A stretch of DNA of 32,126 nt. It comes from Candidatus Hydrothermarchaeota archaeon. GTDB taxonomy: Archaea; Hydrothermarchaeota; Hydrothermarchaeia; Hydrothermarchaeales; WAQR01. Every line of letters starts with the position of its first letter. Position 1 is the stretch's first letter. Shown here piece by piece: positions 8,227-15,464 of the stretch. The translations under genes were made by a program, and so were the position numbers. The notes beneath the pieces are model-generated. The model had not been told where the DNA came from, did not search any database, and saw only the letters and a program-made list of their open reading frames with translations. The stretch covers positions 1 through 32,126 of the forward strand of contig WAQR01000125.1 in the NCBI GenBank assembly GCA_015520145.1. Direction: 5' to 3'.

Positions 8227-9246
8227 TCATAGACGGGCTGCATATCCCAGTGCCAGCTCGAAATACCGTTTAGTAAGGGCTACCGCCTCCTCTTTTTCTT
8301 TCTCGGTTATATCTGGATCATCTAATCTGAAGCTTGAGACCTTCGACCTCACATACGCCCTGTAGCACTTATAAAATAAGAGAGGTGCTATATCATCACC
8401 TGCATATTCGCTGTACCTCTTTTCAAGATGTTCTGACAGGTCGTCCCTGCCATGGAAATCCATGTCCATGGACAGAAATGCAATTTCAGACGCGATATCC
8501 CCGCACCGAAACGCCTCGTTAAATTCGATGGCATCGAAGATATAAATCCCTTCACTGTACAGCCTGCCGCCCTCTCTCACTACGAAGATGTTGCCAGAAT
8601 GCACATCCCCATGACATGCCCGAATCTTTTTTTCAGCAACTCTCCTCTCAAAGAGTTCTCTGTTATCTTCGATGAAACTTAGGACATTCATTTTTACAGT
8701 ATCAAACGACGATTCCTCCAGCAGGTTACCTCTAAGATCCTGGGTCTGGTCAAAATTCTGGACCCAGTTGGCCTTGATCTGTTCTACCGATCCGTATTCA
8801 TCAACACCCTCACCGGTCTCAGCTTTACTATGAAAATCTGCAAGCAGTTCCGCGATTTTATCAATGTCATTTTTATATATCTCTCCTTTTTTCAGGAGTT
8901 CTGTCATTATAGACTCCTGCGGCAGCTGGACCATCTTTACAGCATATTCAACAGTTTCAAACTCGCTGTTTATCCTGATATCTCCAGAGGGGGACCTGCC
9001 TATCGGTACAACGTCCAGATAGATACCAGGACAGAGCATCCTGTTTATCTCAAGTTCTCTATCGCAGAAATGTTTTCTCTTAGCTAACGTTGTAAAGTCG
9101 AGAAATCCGAAGTCCACGGGTTTTTTTATCTTGTATACGTACTCACCTGTGAGGAAGACATGGGATATATGGGTCTGTAGATGTACTATCTTCAAGACCT
9201 TCTCATCATATACCTCCGGGTTCATCAATGCATCAACGACCGACAT
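8227..9246 (-). CDS. aminoglycoside-phosphotransferase-fold kinase (COG2187-like), substrate unknown
   Basis: The Brenner/catalytic-loop motif HGDVHSGNIF is followed by FDAIEF (DFG-like). The track ORF starts at a GTG (9264). The ATG at 9246 is preceded by GGAGGAG at about 5 nt, so it is the preferred start (MSVVDALMNPEVY). Confidence 0.7.
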   Translation of the reverse strand: MSVVDALMNPEVYDEKVLKIVHLQTHISHVFLTGEYVYKIKKPVDFGFLDFTTLAKRKHFCDRELEINRMLCPGIYLDVVPIGRSPSGDIRINSEFETVEYAVKMVQLPQESIMTELLKKGEIYKNDIDKIAELLADFHSKAETGEGVDEYGSVEQIKANWVQNFDQTQDLRGNLLEESSFDTVKMNVLSFIEDNRELFERRVAEKKIRACHGDVHSGNIFVVREGGRLYSEGIYIFDAIEFNEAFRCGDIASEIAFLSMDMDFHGRDDLSEHLEKRYSEYAGDDIAPLLFYKCYRAYVRSKVSSFRLDDPDITEKEKEEAVALTKRYFELALGYAARL

Positions 9247-9260
9247 GATATCTCCTCCAG

Positions 9261-9322
9261 TCACCTCTCGTTACCTCTCGTCATCTCTCGTCACCTCTAT
9301 GCCACTTCCCGTCACTTCTCTC
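9261..9322. repeat. 10-bp tandem array, 4 good plus 2 degenerate copies
   Basis: The units are TCACCTCTCG, TTACCTCTCG, TCATCTCTCG, TCACCTCTAT, GCCACTTCCC and GTCACTTCTC. On the coding (minus) strand they read CGAGAGGTGA-like, each containing an SD-like GAGGTGA. The array fills the leuA-kinase spacer. Confidence 0.9.
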
Positions 9323-10871
9323 TAATCAGAAATATCCTGTTAATCCCCTGGATCATCGCCTCGACAGACGCTGTTACTATGTCCTCTCTTGCAGCCCTTG
9401 CGGTAACTAAATTACCCCTGCTGTCCTCGAGCTTTATTATCACATCTGCCAGGGCGTCAGAACCACCTGTTATTGCCTCGAGATGGTACTCGGTCACCCT
9501 GATATCTTCAATGCCTTTTACCACACTCCTTATAGCATTTAGTGCAGCGTCCACAGGTCCTACTCCTGTCTCAGCTCCCATTATCTCTCTGTCCTTATCT
9601 GTGTCCAGGTCCTTGAATCTCAGCCTGACTGAGGCAGTTGGCACCATATTATTTCCTGTCATAACCGCATATTCCTTTAGATCGATGACCGTTTTATCTT
9701 CAGACACCTGGCCTACAACAGTCTCTGCGATCGCCTTCAAGTCCATCTCTGTTACCACCTTGCCTTTATCTCCCAGATCTTTCACTCTCCGGGTTACTTC
9801 CATTAACTGGTCTTTTTTTATCTCAAATCCCATCTCTTCAAGCATTGCACGTATCCCGTGTGTACCTGCATGTTTTCCAGATACAATCCGCCTCTTGTGC
9901 CCGACCATTTCCGGCGTCATAACCCCGGGTTCAAATGTGTTCGCATCTTCCAGTACGCCGTGTGTATGTATCCCGGATTCGTGAGAGAATGCGTTTTCAC
10001 CTACTATCGGGAAATTCGGCATGACCCTGATCCCTGTAAGCCTTTCTACAAGTTTCGATGTCTCGTAGAGGTATCTGGTATTGATATCTGTCTCAACACC
10101 ATAAATTGACGTCAGGCTCATCACTACCTCTTCGAGGTCAGCATTACCAGCCCGCTCACCCAGGCCGTTTATCGTGCACTGGACCTCTCTTGCCCCTGCC
10201 TCGACTGCTGCAAGGCTGTTTGCCACTGCAAGCCCGAAATCGTTATGGCAGTGGACGTCTATCGGTATTCTGACACTGTCAAACACCTCTGATGTCAGGT
10301 CCCGCATCGCCTGGGGCATCATGACACCTACCGTATCAGGGATATTTATTATATCTGCCCCGGCATCCTCAACTGCCCTGAATATCTCAAGAAGATACCC
10401 TGTCTCGGTTCTGGTGGCGTCCATCGCCGAGAACAGGCATTTTATACCGTGGTCTTTGATGTAAGTGACCGCGTCTACTGCCATGTTTTTGACTTCTTCC
10501 TTTCCCTTCTTTATCGTGTGTTTGATCTGGATATCAGAAGTCGAGACAAACGTATGTACTAAATCGACACCGCAGTCCAGACACGCGTCTATATCAGGGG
10601 TTAAGACCCGTGACAGACCGCAGACATGCGATTCCAGTCCTTCACCTGCTATCTTCGATACGGCATCTCTCTCACCTTTCGATGAGATTGGAAAGCCCGC
10701 TTCAATAATATCAACACCAAGTTTGTCAAGCTGACGTGCAATAGCAATCTTATTCTCAACGGTCAGTGCCACACCTGGCGTCTGTTCCCCATCCCTCAAC
10801 GTGGTATCAAAAATTGCCACTTTATCTGGTAGATTCATATTTTTCTTCGCTTCATTAATGACAGAGAACAT
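9312..10871 (-). CDS. leuA: 2-isopropylmalate synthase / (R)-citramalate synthase family enzyme with a C-terminal LeuA-dimer regulatory domain
   Basis: 519-aa ORF with FDTTLRDGEQTPGV, HCHNDFGLAVANSLAAVEAGA, HESGIH and a C-terminal GVGPVDAALNAI...GGSDALA domain. LeuA cannot be separated from methanogen-type CimA by eye. The true start may be the internal MNLPDKVAIFDTT. Confidence 0.8.
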   Translation of the reverse strand: MFSVINEAKKNMNLPDKVAIFDTTLRDGEQTPGVALTVENKIAIARQLDKLGVDIIEAGFPISSKGERDAVSKIAGEGLESHVCGLSRVLTPDIDACLDCGVDLVHTFVSTSDIQIKHTIKKGKEEVKNMAVDAVTYIKDHGIKCLFSAMDATRTETGYLLEIFRAVEDAGADIINIPDTVGVMMPQAMRDLTSEVFDSVRIPIDVHCHNDFGLAVANSLAAVEAGAREVQCTINGLGERAGNADLEEVVMSLTSIYGVETDINTRYLYETSKLVERLTGIRVMPNFPIVGENAFSHESGIHTHGVLEDANTFEPGVMTPEMVGHKRRIVSGKHAGTHGIRAMLEEMGFEIKKDQLMEVTRRVKDLGDKGKVVTEMDLKAIAETVVGQVSEDKTVIDLKEYAVMTGNNMVPTASVRLRFKDLDTDKDREIMGAETGVGPVDAALNAIRSVVKGIEDIRVTEYHLEAITGGSDALADVIIKLEDSRGNLVTARAAREDIVTASVEAMIQGINRIFLIREK

Positions 10872-11131
10872 AATCCCGCCTTTTCATTTTACAGACCTCC
10901 TTTTTAGGATAGCAAAAGAGATTGTATGGTTTAGAATATAAATATTTCGTATGGTGAGGTGTGGTTGTATAATGCCGTTATGTGTTAGGGCGAACAGTTC
11001 CGCGGCAACCGATATCTTTATATCCTCGTTGAATATAATCCATACTCGCCAAAGATACAGTTTAATGTTAATTATATCAGTATATTATACCGGTATATCT
11101 GTGGCCTCACTACTGACTTGCATGTCTAATA

Positions 11132-11150
11132 TTCCTGAAATTTCCTGAAA
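11132..11150. repeat. TTCCTGAAA x2, 10-bp period
   Basis: Copies lie at 11132-11140 and 11142-11150, in the leuA / HprK-like divergent spacer. Confidence 0.85.
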
Positions 11151-11190
11151 GTGATTTCCAAATCGATGAGATAATTGTGGGATAATGGAA

Positions 11191-11214
11191 CAATATTGAT
11201 ACCAATATTGATAC
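11191..11214. repeat. perfect 12-bp tandem duplication x2
   Basis: CAATATTGATAC occurs at 11191-11202 and 11203-11214, 33 bp upstream of the ATG at 11247. Confidence 0.95.
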
Positions 11215-11246
11215 CTTACACGATTTTCAAGGAGTTTTGAAAAAAG

Positions 11247-12416
11247 ATGGAAAACATAACCAACACGAAATTCGATCCAACAACACTCAACAATGTCATA
11301 ACAGAACCAAAAATGCGGGTTGATTCAGACAAAGATATACCCACAAGTAAAAGGGACAGGCTTGTAAAAAAAGCAGAAGCCAATCTGCCATACAATCAGC
11401 TACACTCATGGAATGCCAATATTGACGGGATAATCATCCAGCTAAAAACAAATGACCCGCACCTGATTGATTTCTGGATAGAGAACTGGTTTCCAGCACC
11501 TCTCGATGCAATGCCCCACGGAACGATATATGCTGTTACAGGGGTAGAAAAAGAGAACCCTTATGCATACTACAACACAGAAACAAAAACCGCAGTATTT
11601 TTCAATACCAACTACTATGGCCAGTGCAAATCCTGGGCACTTGGGATTGCCGCAGATATCATGGAAATGCAGCACGAGATCCACTCAATCCACGGCTCTG
11701 TAGTGGATGTCGGCGGGACAGGGGTAGTTATCATAGCACCGACAGGTACCGGGAAGTCCACACATTCGTATGGACTCACACTCAACATAAAAAATGCAAG
11801 GATGCATTCCGATGACTGGTGTTATGTAGAATATATTGGCGGTGAAAAGGGCAGGGCATCCGCTTACATCTCTGAGAGAAAATTCTACCTGCGCACAGAC
11901 ATCGCAAAGACCTATCCTATCATGGGAGAGCTTTTTAAGAAATGCAAGCTCGAAAATGTCAAGGACGGCGACTTTGCAGCCTTCGGGAATTCCAGGGCGA
12001 TCCTTGACCCTTACTGGATTGGCGGACCTGAGAAATTTATCGACACCACCCGTCTTAGAGCAGTCATACTTTTAAGACGTGACGACGAACATGGTCCAGA
12101 GGTGAAACTCACAGAAGACGATGCCATCGAGATACTGAGGAAAGGCGAATATATGGTAATGCCAGGTGCCGGCCCGGAAAAGGACTGGGGAAAGATAAAA
12201 AAAGAGCCTTTCTACAATCCCTATCTCCTGGTCAGAGGCAAACACAGAGAAGAGCTGCAGGTGAATTTTTTTACCAAACTCCTCAATTTTGCCCCATGCT
12301 ATATCCTGAATACCGGGGTTCAAACAGTAGAGCAGACCCAGGCCAGAATCAGGAAAATTGTCAAAGATGTCTCAAAGCATGTCATAGATAAAAGGATAAA
12401 AGATTTCAATCACTAA
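11247..12416 (+). CDS. HPr-kinase/PEP-carboxykinase-like P-loop protein, function unknown
   Basis: 389-aa ORF. IHGSVVDVGGTGVVIIAPTGTGKSTHSYGL...ARMHSDDWCYV parallels the HprK C-domain (hG.lv...g.GvLi.G.SG.GKS ... ADD) and the PEPCK kinase-1a/2 motifs. About 150 aa of N-terminal region was not recognised. Confidence 0.5.
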   Translation: MENITNTKFDPTTLNNVITEPKMRVDSDKDIPTSKRDRLVKKAEANLPYNQLHSWNANIDGIIIQLKTNDPHLIDFWIENWFPAPLDAMPHGTIYAVTGVEKENPYAYYNTETKTAVFFNTNYYGQCKSWALGIAADIMEMQHEIHSIHGSVVDVGGTGVVIIAPTGTGKSTHSYGLTLNIKNARMHSDDWCYVEYIGGEKGRASAYISERKFYLRTDIAKTYPIMGELFKKCKLENVKDGDFAAFGNSRAILDPYWIGGPEKFIDTTRLRAVILLRRDDEHGPEVKLTEDDAIEILRKGEYMVMPGAGPEKDWGKIKKEPFYNPYLLVRGKHREELQVNFFTKLLNFAPCYILNTGVQTVEQTQARIRKIVKDVSKHVIDKRIKDFNH

Positions 12417-12467
12417 CCCAATCCTCTCCAGGATGAAGGCGAGAAAGGACATCAGGAGATATCGACA

Positions 12468-12493
12468 CAAACTATAACTTCAAACTATAACTT
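12468..12493. repeat. perfect 13-bp tandem duplication x2
   Basis: CAAACTATAACTT occurs at 12468-12480 and 12481-12493, about 50 bp downstream of the HprK-like stop and 30 bp upstream of the small Cys-rich ORF. Confidence 0.95.
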
Positions 12494-12522
12494 TTATGAG
12501 GTTAAGATAATATCTGACTACG

Positions 12523-12645
12523 ATGGAAGACTTTGAAAAGTGTGAAAACTGTAATATGCCGGTAAGCTATTGCGATGGAGCTACAAGGTTTAAGTGCGGG
12601 ACTAAAAAAAAGGATGTAGGGAAGTATTGTATTTTAAATAAATAA
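12523..12645 (+). CDS. possible 40-aa Cys-rich small protein (zinc-ribbon-like)
   Basis: ATG..TAA ORF giving MEDFEKCENCNMPVSYCDGATRFKCGTKKKDVGKYCILNK. It has CxxC plus three more Cys. It is too short for the ORF track, has no clear SD, and is supported only by its position in a 330-bp spacer. Confidence 0.2.
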   Translation: MEDFEKCENCNMPVSYCDGATRFKCGTKKKDVGKYCILNK

Positions 12646-12711
12646 CGATTAACATCACATAAAATATATTAAGAACCTATGCCTTCCATTAATTAACTCG
12701 TTTAGATTCCT

Positions 12712-12733
12712 TTAAAGGGATATTAAAGGGATA
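12712..12733. repeat. perfect 11-bp tandem duplication x2
   Basis: TTAAAGGGATA occurs at 12712-12722 and 12723-12733. It runs into ATATAAATG (TATA-like), about 30 bp upstream of the KaiC-like start. Confidence 0.95.
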
Positions 12734-12764
12734 TAAATGTTGTAAATGAATGGAGGACGAAAAC

Positions 12765-13475
12765 ATGGAATTTGTAAAAACAGGTATTTCGAGTTTTGAC
12801 CGTCTATTTGCACATGGCGGATATCCTGCTGGGAACACCATACTGATACTCGGGGGACCTGGAAGTGGGAAATCGATTTACGGGGTGCAATTCCTGTATA
12901 GGGGAGCCGTGGACGAGAATGAACCGGGGGTCCTGGTAACATTGCACGAGACCCCGCAGAATATCAAGCGGAACATGAGGTCTTTTGGCTGGGACATGGA
13001 AAAACTTGAAGCTGAGAATAAGCTTGTGATTATCGATGCTGCAAGCGGGAGGATTGAGGAGCGTGGGATGGAGTCCGATGTGATGGCCAGGGCACTTGAC
13101 GTGAAAAACATGCTCGCGGCAGCCCAGGATGCGGCCGATGAAATAGGCGCAAAGAGGCTGGTCATTGACTCTCTCTCAGTTATGGGAATCTTAAGCAAGA
13201 ATGATTTCGAACTGAGGACAAAGTTACTCCAGCTTTCAGGGAGACTCTCTGCAATGGGGATTACGTCTCTGGTTATAAGTGAGGCCAGGACGATGGATAT
13301 CGGAACAAACGAATTTCCTGTCGAGACCTTTATGGTCGATGGTGTGATAATAATGAGGCTCAACACGGAAACCCAGGAACGGAAGATAAATATCAGGAAG
13401 ATGAGAGGAACAAAACATGCTATGGGGTCGTTTAAATTTGAGATAAGTGATACCGGGATTGATCTGACAAATTAA
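12765..13475 (+). CDS. single-domain KaiC-like/RecA-superfamily ATPase (COG0467)
   Basis: TGISSFDRLFAHGGYPAGNTILILGGPGSGKS carries a canonical Walker A. Walker B is KRLVIDSLS, and RKMRGTKH lies near the C-terminus. The ATG at 12765 is preceded by GGAGG (12752-12756). The track ORF starts 15 nt earlier, at 12750. Confidence 0.85.
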   Translation: MEFVKTGISSFDRLFAHGGYPAGNTILILGGPGSGKSIYGVQFLYRGAVDENEPGVLVTLHETPQNIKRNMRSFGWDMEKLEAENKLVIIDAASGRIEERGMESDVMARALDVKNMLAAAQDAADEIGAKRLVIDSLSVMGILSKNDFELRTKLLQLSGRLSAMGITSLVISEARTMDIGTNEFPVETFMVDGVIIMRLNTETQERKINIRKMRGTKHAMGSFKFEISDTGIDLTN

Positions 13476-13627
13476 ATAACAAATAATGATAATCAAACGA
13501 TAACCAAATACACGCCTTAGGCAATAACCCTGCTTCCCAGTCTACTTACTCTTTGGAGGGATGTGCCTCGATGGGTTTTCTCCCCCTTTAAACTCGGTAA
13601 AACTCTTCTCTGATATTTTTGAGAAAT

Positions 13628-13650
13628 GTTGAGAGAGTACCTCTCTCAAC
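13628..13650. other. perfect 10-bp stem / 3-nt loop hairpin
   Basis: GTTGAGAGAG TAC CTCTCTCAAC lies in the 320-bp spacer upstream of trpA, preceded by TATTTTT (13612-13618). It may be a terminator for the KaiC-like gene or a leader element. Function is unknown. Confidence 0.4.
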
Positions 13651-13795
13651 ACATCAAAGCCAGGATGAAACATTCGCAGAGCAATGGCAATGTGGAAAGA
13701 ATGTTCCAGACTATAGAAGGGTTGAAAAGACACTCAAGGGGGTGCTGGGATAGTGATAGTATTGGAGAAAAGATATTAATACAATAACTGTAGAA

Positions 13796-14620
13796 ATGAT
13801 ATCCATGCCAGGAAGACGTATCAAGGAGAAATTTGAAGAACTCGAGGAGAAAAAAGAGGGAGCGCTGATAGGATATCTCACCATGGGCGACCCGGACATC
13901 AAGACGTCTGAAAAACTTATCAGGTGCATTGTCAAAAATGTGGATATCCTCGAGCTCGGTGTCCCGTTCTCTGACCCGATAGCAGACGGGCCGACAATCC
14001 AGGCAGCGATTGACCGCTCGCTTAAAAAAGGCATGAATACCGACATCGCATTTGATATGATAAAAAGGCTTAGAAAAGACGGAATAAAAACACCATTTGT
14101 ATTCATGACATATTATAATATTGTCCTCCAGTATGGGGAAGAGAGGTTTATAAAAAAATGCCGCGATGTCGGTGTTGACGGGATACTCGTATCTGATCTG
14201 CCTCTGGAAGAAGCGGAAAACGTACTGGACTGCTGCGATAGATATGGTGTGGACTTCATCTTCCTGATAGCCCCGACAACCACAGAAGAGCGGATAAAAA
14301 AGATTGCAAAAAAGGCAAAGGGGTTCATCTATCTCGTCTCGCTTCTGGGGGTCACAGGGGCAAGAGACAAACTGCAGGATATCACGATTGAAAAGACGAA
14401 GTGGGCACTGGAACATATAAACGGCACCCTCCCGCTTGCGGTAGGGTTTGGTATCTCAAAAAAGGAGCACGTCAAGTCAATCGTCAATGCGGGAGCAAGA
14501 GGGGTAGTAGTTGGAAGTGCATTTGTAGATATAGTATCCAAAAAGAAAGGAGATGCCTGTACAGACCTGATAAGGCTATCGAAGGAGTTAAAGGAAGGTA
14601 CTAAACAAAAATGTTTTTGA
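13796..14620 (+). CDS. trpA: tryptophan synthase alpha chain (stand-alone; no trpB in the window)
   Basis: 274-aa ORF with ILELGVPFSDPIADGPTIQAA (catalytic Glu and Asp present), YLVSLLGVTG and AVGFGIS phosphate-binding motifs. Confidence 0.9.
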   Translation: MISMPGRRIKEKFEELEEKKEGALIGYLTMGDPDIKTSEKLIRCIVKNVDILELGVPFSDPIADGPTIQAAIDRSLKKGMNTDIAFDMIKRLRKDGIKTPFVFMTYYNIVLQYGEERFIKKCRDVGVDGILVSDLPLEEAENVLDCCDRYGVDFIFLIAPTTTEERIKKIAKKAKGFIYLVSLLGVTGARDKLQDITIEKTKWALEHINGTLPLAVGFGISKKEHVKSIVNAGARGVVVGSAFVDIVSKKKGDACTDLIRLSKELKEGTKQKCF

Positions 14621-14689
14621 ATCCTTATACAATCAAAACTTATATATGTCCAGTAGTTCTTATTTATGGATTACGGATGGTGATCTCAC

Positions 14690-15409
14690 GTGGGCGATAT
14701 TGATAGAATAAAAACATACGTCCAAGGATTAGATAAGCATATATCTGGCGGTATACCCAGAGGAAGCGTTTCTATTGTATGCGGGACTCCCGGTACCATG
14801 AAATCCTCCCTTTGCTACAGTATTCTATACAACAATGCTTTAAAGGAAGATATAAAGGGGCTGTATCTCACCCTGGAACAGGATATCCAGAGTTTAAAGC
14901 AGCAGATGAAGATGCTGAAAATGAACGGCCACAAAAATCTTTCGATTGTGGATTTTGACAACGTGCAGAACAAGATTAATAAACAGAAATCTGAAGAGAA
15001 CTGGATACATAGAATAAAGGTGTATATAGACGATATCAAAGACAAGGGATATGACTTAATAGTTGTGGATTCTCTGGATGCCCTCTATTCTCTTACAAGT
15101 ATCAAAGATCCACGAAGAGAGATATTTTATTTTTTCACAGCACTTCGGGACACCAGGCTGACAAGTCTCCTGATATCGGAGATGTCTTTAAACTCTCCAA
15201 ACTACAGTCATTATGGAGTAGAGGCATTTTTGGCAGATGCGATTATCCATATGGACTTTCAGAAACGAGGAGACATACTAAGCTCTCTTGAGAGATATAT
15301 CGGTATTGTAAAGATGAGAAACACATATCATGACACGCATTATTTCCCGATACTTTACACAGATAACAGGTTCACGGTATATGCGAGGGAGGATCTGGAA
15401 CTTGAATGA
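14690..15409 (+). CDS. KaiC-like/RecA-superfamily paralogue with a degenerate Walker A
   Basis: 239-aa ORF with a GTG start. It has the same architecture as 12765-13475 (GLDKHISGGIPRGSVSIVCGTPGTMKSS, Walker B LIVVDSLD, VKMRNTYH). The glycine before the P-loop lysine is replaced by Met. The gene is visibly AT-richer than its neighbours. Confidence 0.7.
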   Translation: MGDIDRIKTYVQGLDKHISGGIPRGSVSIVCGTPGTMKSSLCYSILYNNALKEDIKGLYLTLEQDIQSLKQQMKMLKMNGHKNLSIVDFDNVQNKINKQKSEENWIHRIKVYIDDIKDKGYDLIVVDSLDALYSLTSIKDPRREIFYFFTALRDTRLTSLLISEMSLNSPNYSHYGVEAFLADAIIHMDFQKRGDILSSLERYIGIVKMRNTYHDTHYFPILYTDNRFTVYAREDLELE

Positions 15410-15421
15410 TTGGAATACTGG

Positions 15422-15460
15422 GATGATTGTGATGATTCAAGTAAAAAGTAAAAGAAGTAA
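15422..15460. repeat. two adjacent tandem duplications in a convergent spacer
   Basis: GATGATT occurs at 15422-15428 and 15431-15437. AGTAAAA occurs at 15440-15446 and 15447-15453, with a degenerate third copy to 15460. Confidence 0.85.
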
Positions 15461-15464
15461 GTGA

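Noticed and set aside
9261-9322. Could the tandem arrays (here, and at 23978-24017 and 28829-29005) be CRISPR arrays?
   Set aside because: The units are 10-21 bp and directly abut each other with no unique spacers. No cas genes or leader are present.
9181-9984. 267-aa plus-strand ORF antisense to leuA. Similar long antisense ORFs lie at 685-1164, 3858-4376, 12878-13366, 13646-14416, 24518-25543, 25332-26159, 26806-27462 and 30979-31506.
   Set aside because: All lie opposite well-supported genes and translate to low-complexity Ser/Thr/Ile/Pro-rich or Cys-rich strings with no motifs. These are typical shadow ORFs.
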